From Desulfobacterales bacterium (GTDB taxonomy: Bacteria; Desulfobacterota; Desulfobacteria; Desulfobacterales; UBA2156), in the NCBI GenBank assembly GCA_027025555.1, contig JALVQN010000174.1:4704-68703 (forward strand): DNA of 64,000 nt. The letters run 5' to 3'. A program made the position numbers and the translations under genes. Positions 8,677 to 22,651 of the stretch are shown piece by piece (the first letter of the stretch is position 1; each line of letters starts with the position of its first letter). Under the pieces are notes generated by a model that saw nothing but the letters and a program-made list of their open reading frames with translations, had not been told where the DNA came from and ran no database searches.

Positions 8677-8904
8677 ATGCCGCGTCCTCCAAAAGACGTC
8701 ACCTGCCGATGCGGCCACACGTCCACGATGACGATTTCCAAGATGCTGTGCATCAAATGTGGAAAATACATATTTTACGACGATCAGTCGCGGCGGCGCC
8801 ACCGGATCCATTCTTTTTACGGGGTGGCTCTGCTCGCCGCAGGCCTCACCTTGATCACCTATTTTTTCGTGGAGATGATCGTCGTGCCCCTTTTCCCCCG
8901 GTGA
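8677..8904 (+). CDS. small zinc-ribbon protein with a C-terminal TM helix
   Basis: 75 aa with CRCGH...CIKCGK (CxC-N14-CxxC) followed by the hydrophobic FYGVALLAAGLTLITYFFVEMIVVPLF. The ATG lies 19 nt after the previous stop. Confidence 0.5.
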   Translation: MPRPPKDVTCRCGHTSTMTISKMLCIKCGKYIFYDDQSRRRHRIHSFYGVALLAAGLTLITYFFVEMIVVPLFPR

Positions 8905-8972
8905 CACGGAAGAGGAAAGCGGCCTTTTTGCGTGCTTCCGGAGGCGGGCCGAAGAAAAGCTTCCTTTTGCCG

Positions 8973-9965
8973 TTACGTACTGAAAAACCTTTTGAAATCC
9001 GGGTCGGTTAAGATGCGGTCCAGGGCGGCTTTCCCGTGGGAAAGGGCGTCAGGGCTGTCAAACCGGAGGGTGAGGGAAAAGGTGCGGCCTTCGAAATCGG
9101 CGGGGGGCGAAACCGAGACGCCGGGCCCCAATTTCAGCGCCTTGAGGCACTTTTTGAAGGCGGCTTCCCTTTCCGTCAGGTGGGGGAAGCGGCGTTTTTT
9201 CAAGTACCAGCGGATCTGCCGGGTTTTTTGAACCCGGTCCCCGTTCTCTTTTTCAAGGATCCTTGCCAGATCCGGCGCCTGCAAGACCTCCATGAGATCC
9301 AGATCTTCCCGCCGGGCGATTTCAGTTGTCAGACGGATCATTTCACGCTGCAGCTGAAACCCCAATTTCAGGCGTGTAAAAAGCCTGTTCAGGGCCTGTG
9401 CGGCCTCAGGACCCAGATCCGCAAGGGTTTCGGCCACGGAAAGGGTGAGGGCGCCGCGGGCCAGAGATTCCTGGACCGGGTCCGGGAGACGGCTCACCTT
9501 CATGAACTTTTCCACCATGGCCCCATGAAGCGGCACCCCTGCCCGTGTGGAGGCCTTTCCAATTTGCCCGGGGTCCGGGTGGCATCTTGAAAAAAGGCGC
9601 ACCACCCTTGAAATCTCCACCGGGTTCAGGGTCCCCTGGAAGGCGTTGTCCGCCACGGCCATATGGATGCAATCCGCTTCATCCAGGTCCGGGGAGACGA
9701 GCCGGGCCTGGACCCGATGGAATCCGCATCTGCGGCAGGCCGCCACCCGCCGGAATCCGCTGATGATCGAAAACCTTTCCCCCTGTTTTCGCAGGAGGGG
9801 GGGATTGATCAGGCCGCAGGCCTCGATGGACGCCACCAGGGCCTCGGTGCAGGGTTGCGTGCGGATCTGATAGGTGGTGTCCCTGAGATCGATCCTTTCC
9901 AGCGGTACATGGACTTGGGTCCACAGGGGCCTTGGGGAGACGGGCGCTTTACACTCAGGTGTCAA
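8973..9965 (-). CDS. ParB/Srx N-terminal (ParB-like nuclease) domain protein
   Basis: 330 aa. [16 protein letters not shown]...[38 protein letters not shown] matches the ParB N-domain, including the GxRR box. The only in-frame start is TTG at 9965, which overlaps the purC stop by 11 nt. Confidence 0.7.
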   Translation of the reverse strand: MTPECKAPVSPRPLWTQVHVPLERIDLRDTTYQIRTQPCTEALVASIEACGLINPPLLRKQGERFSIISGFRRVAACRRCGFHRVQARLVSPDLDEADCIHMAVADNAFQGTLNPVEISRVVRLFSRCHPDPGQIGKASTRAGVPLHGAMVEKFMKVSRLPDPVQESLARGALTLSVAETLADLGPEAAQALNRLFTRLKLGFQLQREMIRLTTEIARREDLDLMEVLQAPDLARILEKENGDRVQKTRQIRWYLKKRRFPHLTEREAAFKKCLKALKLGPGVSVSPPADFEGRTFSLTLRFDSPDALSHGKAALDRILTDPDFKRFFST

Positions 9966-10851
9966 GGGGTTCCCCGGTCAACTGTTCAAGGGCTTCGATA
10001 TATTTGGCCCGGGTATTTTCAATGACTTCAGGAGGAAGAGACGGCCCCGGGGGTTTTTTATTGAACCGGATGGACGTCAAATAGTCCCTCAGGTATTGCT
10101 TGTCGAAGCTCTTCTGGGGGCCGCCGGGCCGGTAAGCGGCTTTGGGCCAGAATCTGGAAGAATCGGGGGTCAGCACTTCGTCGATGAGGAGGAGCCGGTC
10201 CCCCGAAAGTCCGAACTCGAACTTGGTGTCCGCGATGAGGATTCCCCTCTCTTCCGCCAGGGCCGCCCCCGTGCGGTACAGTTGGAGGCTGATGTCCCGG
10301 ACCCTTTCGGCCAGGGAATCTCCGATGCGCCGGGCCGCTTCTTGAAAATCGATATTGATATCGTGCCTGCCGATTTCTTCTTTGGTGGAAGGCGTGAAGA
10401 GGGGCTCGGGCAAGCGGTCCGATTCTTTCAGGCCTTCCGGGAGGCGGATTCCGCAGACGCTGCCCGTCTCCTGATAGGCTTTCCAGCCGGACCCGGTGAT
10501 AAAGCCGCGCACCACACACTCGATGGGAAGGGGGGTGGTTTTTTTCACCAGCATGCTCCGCCCCTGGAGGGTCTTTGCATAGGGTCGGCATGCCTCGGGA
10601 TAGGCCGTCACGTCGGCGGTAATCAGGTGGTTGTCCACGATGGGGCTCAAGGTCTTGAACCAGAACAGGGAAATCTGGGTCAGGATCTTTCCCTTGTCGG
10701 GAATCGGATCGGGCATGACCACATCAAAAGCGGATATCCGATCCGTGGCCACCATGAGCAAGGCCTCACCCAGGTCATACATATCCCGGACCTTTCCCTT
10801 TTTCATGAGGGTCAAGTCCGGAAAATCGGTTTCAAAGACAGTGGATTCCAT
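9955..10851 (-). CDS. purC: phosphoribosylaminoimidazole-succinocarboxamide (SAICAR) synthase
   Basis: Track ORF trimmed to ATG 10851 ([43 protein letters not shown]...), which is preceded by AAGGAGGAG. Canonical PurC N-terminus. Confidence 0.95.
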   Translation of the reverse strand: MESTVFETDFPDLTLMKKGKVRDMYDLGEALLMVATDRISAFDVVMPDPIPDKGKILTQISLFWFKTLSPIVDNHLITADVTAYPEACRPYAKTLQGRSMLVKKTTPLPIECVVRGFITGSGWKAYQETGSVCGIRLPEGLKESDRLPEPLFTPSTKEEIGRHDINIDFQEAARRIGDSLAERVRDISLQLYRTGAALAEERGILIADTKFEFGLSGDRLLLIDEVLTPDSSRFWPKAAYRPGGPQKSFDKQYLRDYLTSIRFNKKPPGPSLPPEVIENTRAKYIEALEQLTGEPLDT

Positions 10852-10897
10852 GGACTCCTCCTTTAAGGCGTCGCTTCCATTGCGCGTCCCCTCCCCT

Positions 10898-11380
10898 TCA
10901 CAGGGGAAGGATCTCTCCCTTGATGCCGGCGTCTCCGATGTGCAGGATACCCACGGAGCGGCCCGAATGGAAAAAGAGGCTCCCGGCATAGGCGCCCGGG
11001 TTGAACATCAAGACATCCCCCTCGACGTGATTGGACGCCTGGTGGCTGTGCCCGTAGACGATGGCGTCCACCCCCTGGAAGCGCTTTCGGACACGCTCTT
11101 CCAGTCCCCTCCCGGATCCCCAACCGTGGATCAACCCGATCCGGAAGCCCCCTGCCTGGATCACTTCCTTCTCTTTCAGGCGGCGGTTCACCTCCAGGCC
11201 GTCCATGTTGCCGCTCACGGCCACCACGTCTTTATCCGCAAACGCCTCCAGGACCGCCAGATGCGTCAGGTCGCCCGCATGAAGGACCATCTGAACCTCC
11301 CTGAATACGGTTTGGGTCAGCTGCAGCAACCCCTGGTCGGGTTCGTGGAGGTGGGTATCTGAAATAACGCCGATCTTCAT
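10898..11380 (-). CDS. YfcE/MJ0936-type metallophosphoesterase
   Basis: [12 protein letters not shown]...GDL...VSGNMD...GHSH metallophosphatase motifs. An alternative ATG lies 12 nt upstream at 11392. Confidence 0.85.
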   Translation of the reverse strand: MKIGVISDTHLHEPDQGLLQLTQTVFREVQMVLHAGDLTHLAVLEAFADKDVVAVSGNMDGLEVNRRLKEKEVIQAGGFRIGLIHGWGSGRGLEERVRKRFQGVDAIVYGHSHQASNHVEGDVLMFNPGAYAGSLFFHSGRSVGILHIGDAGIKGEILPL

Positions 11381-11453
11381 GGCTCTTTCCATCCAACGAG
11401 AGCCTTTATCCCTGTTTCCCCTCCCCTGTCAATATGCAAAGCGTACGGATCGG

Positions 11454-11482
11454 TTGACAAATTCGAAAAGACAAAAGATAAA
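11454..11482 (+). promoter_or_regulatory. candidate sigma70 promoter for mdh
   Basis: TTGACA-17 nt-GATAAA, about 110 nt upstream of the mdh ATG. Confidence 0.35.
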
Positions 11483-11581
11483 TACCCTGAATCTAAAGCA
11501 TGTCATTGGAAAAAGGTGCCTTCCAGGATCTGTGAGGGAGTCCTTCCGGATCCCGGGCATTGGGTTGAATCCCCTTTTTGA

Positions 11582-14396
<2,815 letters not shown>

Positions 14397-14403
<7 letters not shown>

Positions 14404-16391
14404 TCGAACACCAGGCGCTTTTTCAGGTCCGAAATCCGGTCCCGCAACTGGGCGGCTCTTTCAAAGGCCAGATCCGCCGCCGCGGCTTTCATCTCCGCTT
14501 CAAGGGCGGCGATGTGCTGCTCCCACGCGTCGGGGTTGCCGTAATCCACCGGGGCTTCCCGTACCGGTGCCGCCGTCACTGGGTCGGCTTCGCAGACGGT
14601 CTCGAAAATGTGGGGAATCTCCTTTTCCACACTCTCCGGGGTGATCTGATGCGCGCGGTTGTACGCCATCTGGATGGCCCGGCGGCGCCGGGTCTCCTCA
14701 ATGGCCTCCTGCATGGACCGGGTCATCCCGTCGGCATAGAGCAGGACCTTCCCCTTCAGGTTCCGGGCCGCCCTGCCGAAGGTCTGAATCAGGGCGCGCC
14801 GGGAACGCAAGAAGCCCTCCTTGTCCGCGTCGAGAATGGCCACCAGGGAGACTTCGGGGATGTCCAACCCCTCCCTGAGGAGGTTGATCCCCACCAGGAC
14901 GTCGAATTTCCCCATCCTCAGTTCCCGGATGATCTCCATCCGCTCCAGCGTCCCGATGTCCGAATGGAGATAGCGCACACGGATGCCCAGGTCTGAAAGG
15001 TACTCCGTCAGGTCTTCGGCCATCCTTTTGGTGAGGGTGGTCACCAGGATGCGCGCGTCTTCCCGGGTCCGCAGCAGGATCTCCTGGAAGAGATCGTCCA
15101 CCTGGTTTCGGGCGCTTTTCACCTCGATTTCGGGATCCACGAGGCCGGTGGGCCTTACGATCTGTTCCACCACGGCGCCTTGGGCCTGTTCCAGCTCATA
15201 CTCGGCGGGTGTGGCCGAGACAAAGACCACCTGGGGGATGCGGGCGTCGAATTCTTCGAAGGTCAGCGGCCGGTTGTCGAGGGCCGAAGGGAGACGGAAC
15301 CCATAGGCCACCAGGGTTTCTTTCCGGGAGCGATCCCCGTGGTACATGCCGTGAAGCTGGGGAACGGCCATGTGACTTTCATCGATGAAAAGCAAAAAGT
15401 CTTTGGGGAAGTAGTCCAGGAGGGTGGGGGGAGGCTCTCCCGGCCGCCTCCCGGTGAAATGGCGGGAGTAGTTTTCGATGCCGGTGCAGTATCCCAGCTC
15501 GGCGATCATCTCCAGGTCGTACTGGGTGCGCTCTTCAATGCGTTGCGCCTCGATGCGCTTGTCTTGTCTCCTGAACGCCTCGATGCGTGCCTTCAATTCC
15601 GCCTTGATGGCCTCCACGGCCCTCAGGGTCCGGTTCCTTTCCGTGACATAATGGCTGGCAGGGAAGAGGGTAACCTTCTCCAGGCGTCTCTTGGTGACGC
15701 CCCGCAGGGGATCGATCTCGGCGATCTGGTCGATCTGGTCGCCGAAAAACGCCACGCGGATCGCCCGGTCTTCTTCATAGGCCGGGAAGATCTCCACCCG
15801 GTCTCCCCGCACCCGAAACACACCCCGGTGAAAGTCCACATCGTTCCGGGTGTAGTGCATGGCCACCAGATCGGCCAGGAGCCGCTCCCGGGAGACCGTG
15901 GCGTCTTTTTCCAGGTCCACCCGCATGCCCAGGTAATCCTCCGGGGCCCCCAGGCCGAAGATACACGAGACACTGGCCACCACGATGACATCCCGCCGGG
16001 TCAACACGGACCGTGTGGCCGAGTGCCGCATCTTGTCGATCATTTCATTGATGGAGGAATCTTTCTGGATATAGGTATCGGTGGCGGGGAGGTAGGCTTC
16101 CGGCTGGTAATAATCATAGTAACTGACGAAGTATTCCACGGCATTTTCAGGAAAGAAGCCCTTGAATTCGTGGAAGAGCTGTGCCGCCAGGGTCTTGTTG
16201 GGAGCGATGACGAGAGTGGGCCGTTGCATCTTTGCGATGACATGGGCCATGGTGAAGGTTTTGCCCGACCCGGTCACTCCCAAAAGGACCTGATGCCGCT
16301 TTCCCGATGCAATGGATTCGCACAGGGCCGCAATGGCCTTGGGCTGGTCCCCTTTGGGAGCGAACCGGGAAATCAGCTTGAAAGCCGCCAT
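14397..16391 (-). CDS. uvrB: excinuclease ABC subunit B
   Basis: 664 aa. [17 protein letters not shown] Walker [11 protein letters not shown] and a C-terminal UVR motif. Confidence 0.97.
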
Positions 16392-16403
16392 GGGGGAAAG
16401 GCT

Positions 16404-17843
<1,440 letters not shown>

Positions 17844-17855
17844 GCGTTTTTCCAA

Positions 17856-18332
17856 TCAGGGGGGATTTTCCAAAAGGGCCACGCACAGGGCCCCCATGCC
17901 TTCCCCTTTCCCCATGGCCCCCAGTTTCTCGGTGGTGGTGAACTTGATGTTGATGCGATGCGCTTCCAGGCCCAGGGCCCGGCCGATGCTGTCCACCATG
18001 GCCTCCCGGAACGGGGAAAGCCGGGGCGCCTGAGCCGTCACCACGGCATCCAGATTGGCGATACGATAACCGGCCTCCCGGACCCGCCCCATGACCTTTG
18101 CCAGCAAGGTGATACTCGAGATATCCTTATAGCGCGGATCGCTGTCCGGAAAGTGCATCCCGATGTCCCCGAGGCCGGCGGCGCCCAAAAGCGCGTCGCA
18201 GACGGCGTGCAACAGGACATCGGCATCGGAGTGGCCCATGAGCCCCTTTTCAAAGGGGATCGCAACCCCGCCGAGGATCAGCGGCCTGCCTTCCACCAGC
18301 CGGTGGACGTCGTATCCCATTCCCACGCGCAT
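17856..18332 (-). CDS. ispF: 2-C-methyl-D-erythritol 2,4-cyclodiphosphate synthase
   Basis: 158 aa. MRVGMGYDVHRL...GHSDADVLLHA...DIG canonical IspF motifs. Confidence 0.95.
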   Translation of the reverse strand: MRVGMGYDVHRLVEGRPLILGGVAIPFEKGLMGHSDADVLLHAVCDALLGAAGLGDIGMHFPDSDPRYKDISSITLLAKVMGRVREAGYRIANLDAVVTAQAPRLSPFREAMVDSIGRALGLEAHRINIKFTTTEKLGAMGKGEGMGALCVALLENPP

Positions 18333-18370
18333 GCGCTTTCAGAATCCCTAAGAGGGTTTTCCAAAAGGTG

Positions 18371-18399
18371 ATGATATAGCAAATTCAAGAAAGAGGCAA
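18371..18399 (-). promoter_or_regulatory. candidate sigma70 promoter for ispF-cysS-uvrB-uvrC
   Basis: Minus strand TTGCCT-17 nt-TATCAT, about 35 nt upstream of the ispF ATG. It lies between the AT-rich island and the core operon. Confidence 0.35.
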
Positions 18400-18484
18400 G
18401 CCCCCAAGATCCGGTATGGATCGGCAAATTCCCGGGTTTTAAATCGAGTCGCAAAAAAACAAATAGATGATATCGCCCTGATTC

Positions 18485-21106
18485 TTACCAATGCCCTGAA
18501 GTTTGCAATTGTATATCCTGTCCAAACAGATAGTCATCCTTAATCTCCACCTGGATTTCCCTATAGGGCTCAGGCAACGGCTGCTTATCAATTTTTATGA
18601 CTCTGACCCGGTACACACCCGGCTTTAACGCATTTGTGCGATAGTAACCAAACCGGCCACTCCGCGCCTCTGCAACCTTCTCGCCTGATTCGTTTACCAC
18701 CTGCAGCAATGCATTGGCAACCGGTGTATTTTCCTGTGTGGTCACCTTTCCGGAAAAGCCGTATCTTGCCTGCATTATAAAGTTTACAGTTGTGACGGCA
18801 GCACGTACAACTTCGACAAGATAACGTTTTTTTATTGGCACATATTCGATGGGCAGCTTTGCTTCGTCGATTTCCAGTTCATAGATACCAGGAGACAGGT
18901 TGCCCACGTAAAAAGCACCTCCGGCCTGATACTGAGGCAGCCTGCGGCCGTTGACACGCACGGCAACACCTTCCACCTCTATCCTGTTCCCTTTCTGATC
19001 GCGCAGGAAACCGGAAATCCCCCCCCTGGAGAAGTTGATCCGACGATTGTCGGTCGGAACCAGTTGGCTCCCTGAAATGCCAAGGTCAATCCGCAGGGAG
19101 GCAAAAACACGAAAGCCGTTTTCATTATCATCAAGGGGGAAGGTTCTGTACTTATCCTGAAGTTCAAGCTTCAATTCGATACCAGGGGTGAACATACGGT
19201 TCCAGGAAATAAAATATCCGGCAGATTCACCATTATGGCTTAATCCCCCCTGCAGGTAGTTGTATCGATTGTCGTCAAGGTACCAGCCCAGGCTGGTGTA
19301 TATACGCTGTTCATCCTGATCCTGATCATAGTCAAAACCCGATTGACTGAAAATCCTGCCTTCGTGGTGATAATCATAGGCCAGGTTGTACCGGTTGTTT
19401 TCATACGTTGCGGACAGTCGGGACAGCGGGTTCATATACCAGCAGGCCCGAACTCGGTACTCGCCATCAAGATTAGGTTCTCCACTGATGGTGAAACCGG
19501 TTAATGGGTACCAGTACATTCCCGGTTTCAGGAAGGTTGTTTCCGTTTCATGTGTGTCCCTTGAATATCTCCCGACCAGGCCGATACGGAGTGATTCAGA
19601 CCATCCGTAAAAGGTGCGGAGGTAGTTGTCGTAACTACTGGCCGGGAGGTTGCTGCGGTACTCCTGACCATACCAGTTGGAACGCAACCGGAAATCCCAA
19701 TTTTCTGCCGTTCCCTCCAGTTCAGACGATAAACCGGATTTTCCCTCCCGGTCAGACACGTCAAGGGCCCAGGCCCAGTTTTGTCCAAGACCCAGGCGAA
19801 AGCCAAGCATTGCTTCCCGCCCCTGCTCAGCGTTGTATTGGACCACACCCTGAAAGGTCAGGGTGTCGCTCATTCCATGGCGTGCGAGCAGAAAGCCCGA
19901 GGCATTGCCTTTCGAGGGGGTTCCGTAATCATCATACAGACTGTTGCCGCTTTCTCCTGCTCCGGCCCGCAGCAACCATTCTCCACTGGCAAGCATCTGC
20001 CGGATTGCCGATCGGGTCAGGTTGATGATCTTGGGCGGGTCATTCAGGGTGCGCTGATACAGATACACCTGTGTCAGCTGGAAACTGCCTTTACGTACGG
20101 GGATGTTTCGAAATTCGTAGTGACCGTTCAGGTTGACCCGTACCCGGGCAACGGGTGTATTGTTGATGCGCAGTTCGGCAATCCCGCCTGCCGGCCCATC
20201 ATCACGAATGATATCCCGCTGAACATCCAGGTCGTCACGCAGGAAACTGTCAAAGTTCAAGTCGGTTGCGAAATCCGTATAACTGCTGATATCCCGGTTG
20301 CTGTAAGCCCACTGTATGCCGGTGTAATAAAAACTGTCCAGCAGCAAACCCAGGTCGATATAACTTGTACCCACTCGGAATGCATTCTTCTCCAGCACCC
20401 GATTCCAGAAATAGCGATTCAGCCTGATTTCATCTTCGTCCTGCTGACGCAGTCCCAGCAGCCATGTGCCCTTGCCCAGGGCACCACCGCTGTCCAGGGT
20501 ATTCACCCAGGTGTCTTTTCCGTCATCAAACTGTCGGTCGTAATCGGAGCGCAGACGGAGAAAACCCAGGCTGGAGTCCGGTGCCTCCACGTCTGGTATT
20601 CGTGCCATGCGCGCTTCTCTGATCTTTTTTTCATCATAAAAAAGAGAACCGGGACGCCATGGGACATCCAGCATGAATCCATAGCGGGCTTGATCGAAAG
20701 TAGCTTTGATCCTGAGCAATTGCCACAGCTGGGAAAAGGAAAGATAGGCTCTGCCATCAAGCAGCCACACTTCATCCCATGCGAGTTCTGCCCGGCCGAT
20801 GGGCGTTTTGAAGAGCAGGGTGTCGCCCTGCCCGGTTGCCTCTAAGCCGGTCGCCCGCTGCAGGTCCTCCAGGGAAAGCCAGAATTCCCGGCGTGACCTG
20901 TGATATCCATCCACATTTCCGCTTTCAACGCCATTGATGAAGATGCCGGCCAGCAACAATTCCACGTCTGAAAGTTGCCTGGAAAAGACCGTGTCTGCCG
21001 GAAACAGCTCGGTAAACAACACTGCTGCTGCAAGGACGCAGAGATTTCTGATTTCTCTTCGCCGACATTTCTGAAAAAGACAAAACCGGAAAGCCATCTG
21101 CAACAT
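18485..21106 (-). CDS. large outer-membrane beta-barrel-like protein with usher-like architecture (N-domain, barrel, two C-terminal beta-sandwich domains)
   Basis: About 873-887 aa; ATG at 21106 or 21097, and the track start at 21148 is a TTG. Basic-hydrophobic signal region (KCRRREIRNLCVLAAAVLF). N-terminal LLLAGIFINGVESGNVDGY...LSLEDLQRATGL block. A long Y/W/F/D/N/G-rich stretch typical of OM barrels. The C-terminus has two CarboxypepD_reg-like repeats (GFLRDQKGNRIEVEGVAVRVNG...PGIYELEI and GFSGKVTTQENTPVANALLQVVN...KPGVYRVRV). That this is a coding gene is near certain; the functional call is an inference. Confidence 0.45.
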   Translation of the reverse strand: MLQMAFRFCLFQKCRRREIRNLCVLAAAVLFTELFPADTVFSRQLSDVELLLAGIFINGVESGNVDGYHRSRREFWLSLEDLQRATGLEATGQGDTLLFKTPIGRAELAWDEVWLLDGRAYLSFSQLWQLLRIKATFDQARYGFMLDVPWRPGSLFYDEKKIREARMARIPDVEAPDSSLGFLRLRSDYDRQFDDGKDTWVNTLDSGGALGKGTWLLGLRQQDEDEIRLNRYFWNRVLEKNAFRVGTSYIDLGLLLDSFYYTGIQWAYSNRDISSYTDFATDLNFDSFLRDDLDVQRDIIRDDGPAGGIAELRINNTPVARVRVNLNGHYEFRNIPVRKGSFQLTQVYLYQRTLNDPPKIINLTRSAIRQMLASGEWLLRAGAGESGNSLYDDYGTPSKGNASGFLLARHGMSDTLTFQGVVQYNAEQGREAMLGFRLGLGQNWAWALDVSDREGKSGLSSELEGTAENWDFRLRSNWYGQEYRSNLPASSYDNYLRTFYGWSESLRIGLVGRYSRDTHETETTFLKPGMYWYPLTGFTISGEPNLDGEYRVRACWYMNPLSRLSATYENNRYNLAYDYHHEGRIFSQSGFDYDQDQDEQRIYTSLGWYLDDNRYNYLQGGLSHNGESAGYFISWNRMFTPGIELKLELQDKYRTFPLDDNENGFRVFASLRIDLGISGSQLVPTDNRRINFSRGGISGFLRDQKGNRIEVEGVAVRVNGRRLPQYQAGGAFYVGNLSPGIYELEIDEAKLPIEYVPIKKRYLVEVVRAAVTTVNFIMQARYGFSGKVTTQENTPVANALLQVVNESGEKVAEARSGRFGYYRTNALKPGVYRVRVIKIDKQPLPEPYREIQVEIKDDYLFGQDIQLQTSGHW

Positions 21107-21186
21107 GCCATCAATTTCGGGTTTTGGGACATGGTACAGGCTTGACAAGCAGCTTCCCGGTGCAACGGGGTTTTGCCGTCATCTGT

Positions 21187-22056
21187 TCATTGCCGGTCAA
21201 CAGAGAAGGAAAACTGTCGTTTGAATGCCGTATCACCGAGTTTTCCCTGCACAAACAGAATATAGTCTCCCGCTTCTGACGGTAAACGCACGGGAGTGGA
21301 CAGGGTACGGCGGGTCCCGGGCAGTACCGGCAAAAGAGTCAGCCTGCCCACCTGCAGCACGGTTTTCCGGATTTCTTTCTTATCGTCCAGCCTGTAAACG
21401 GGAACCTTGTCGCTGCCGGGAAATTCTGACCTGCGCCAGATGGAATATTGACCGTCCAGGCGGACACCTGCATTTCCGGTACTGTGTACACCTATCTGTA
21501 TACTTCCTGTACCCTGTTGCGAGTGAAAGGAAATTGCGCCCAGCTCACCGGTGCGGACAATCTTTCCGGCCAGGCCGTACACCACTATTCCCAGTCGGAA
21601 GGTAAGCTGTATCCCGGATCTGGGCTCATCATCGGGTACTACCTGGTTGAAAAAAATAATGCCCCGGTGCTCGCCCTGATCCGGTTCAACAGGAGGTCGT
21701 ATTGACAGACGCACGGTTTGGGACTTGCCGCCGGGAATGGTAAATTGAACCGGATTGATGATCATCCACTGGTCCAGTGACTGGGGAGTCGGCGCAATCA
21801 CCCGTATTTTGTTGTTGTTGTCAAGGTCCCAGTGCTGGACGCTGGTGGATACCGTGACAGGCTTGTGACCCAGGTTGAACAGTTTTACCGAAGCATTGGC
21901 AGGCCTTTTTCCGATTTTCAGCTCAATGCGCGTCGGGGATGCGGCTATCTGGGCCGGGGGTTCATCCATTCCTTCCGGTTTTGTGACAAAAACGCCTGAC
22001 CAGGTCTGCAGGGGCAGCAGGAACAGGAAGATAAACAAAAGTAAAAAACGATTCAT
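21187..22056 (-). CDS. periplasmic PapD-like (pilus chaperone-like) protein
   Basis: About 289 aa from ATG 22056 (MNRFLLLFIFLFLLPLQTWSG signal). SPTRIELKIGKRPANASVKLFNLGHKPVTVSTSVQHW...INPVQFTIPGGKSQTVRLSIRPP...HRGIIFF resembles the chaperone N-domain pattern (P.R..l......v.l.N.g..pv....W ... P..f.l.pg..q.vRl). Confidence 0.45.
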   Translation of the reverse strand: MNRFLLLFIFLFLLPLQTWSGVFVTKPEGMDEPPAQIAASPTRIELKIGKRPANASVKLFNLGHKPVTVSTSVQHWDLDNNNKIRVIAPTPQSLDQWMIINPVQFTIPGGKSQTVRLSIRPPVEPDQGEHRGIIFFNQVVPDDEPRSGIQLTFRLGIVVYGLAGKIVRTGELGAISFHSQQGTGSIQIGVHSTGNAGVRLDGQYSIWRRSEFPGSDKVPVYRLDDKKEIRKTVLQVGRLTLLPVLPGTRRTLSTPVRLPSEAGDYILFVQGKLGDTAFKRQFSFSVDRQ

Positions 22057-22067
22057 GAGTGTTCCAC

Positions 22068-22640
22068 TTACCTGCAATCCACGAATACTGTGATCGTTCC
22101 GGTATAACGTCCCGAGCGTGTCGCATGGGTGTAATCCAGAAGAAGGTCGATATATCCCAGGAATCTTCGCCTTTTTCGCCCCTGCCGCTGACGGATTTCA
22201 CGCGTTGACACGGTGACGGCAACGTGTGAAGCGGCATCCAGTTCCGAAGTGAAGACACCGGGGGTGCCGTCACTGCCGACAACCTGGTACCCGACAATCA
22301 AGTCGCCGGCGGTGATTGAGGTTGGGCGCGGAACACGGAGCCGCCACTGCCAGCGGTCTAAGGGGATGGTTACAGTGGGGTTGAAGTGGCCGCCGGAAAT
22401 GTGGATATCAGCATCTCCTGCCGGCAGGGTCAGATCCATGCTTACACTGTAATCGCATTCATTGACTGCCAGATCAGGCCGGGCTACGGAAACACTCCGG
22501 TGGTATTGATTGCGGGCGCGAAAATCGGAACCAGGGGGGCACTCCGCCTGTCCCGTTGAAGGCCGGGAAAAAAAGACGGCGATGAAAAGGACAATAAAGC
22601 GCAGACCCCGGAACGGCCGCGCTTTTTTGCCCAAACACAT
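22068..22640 (-). CDS. secreted beta-rich protein, candidate fibre subunit/adhesin
   Basis: 190 aa with signal peptide MCLGKKARPFRGLRFIVLFIAVFFSRPSTGQA. Cys residues lie near both ends of the mature protein. The C-terminal SGRYTGTITVFVDCR resembles the G.Y.g..t..v.Y terminal strand of chaperone-usher pilins. ATG 22640 lies 11 nt after the upstream stop. Confidence 0.4.
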   Translation of the reverse strand: MCLGKKARPFRGLRFIVLFIAVFFSRPSTGQAECPPGSDFRARNQYHRSVSVARPDLAVNECDYSVSMDLTLPAGDADIHISGGHFNPTVTIPLDRWQWRLRVPRPTSITAGDLIVGYQVVGSDGTPGVFTSELDAASHVAVTVSTREIRQRQGRKRRRFLGYIDLLLDYTHATRSGRYTGTITVFVDCR

Positions 22641-22651
22641 GGAGTCAAATG

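Noticed and set aside
8071-9011. ORFs 8071..8907(-) 278 aa and 8238..9011(+) 257 aa overlapping the two small membrane-protein genes.
   Set aside because: Their translations are R/G/P/H-rich junk. The chosen frames (8125..8658 and 8677..8904) give coherent TM helices and a zinc ribbon with GC3-biased codons.
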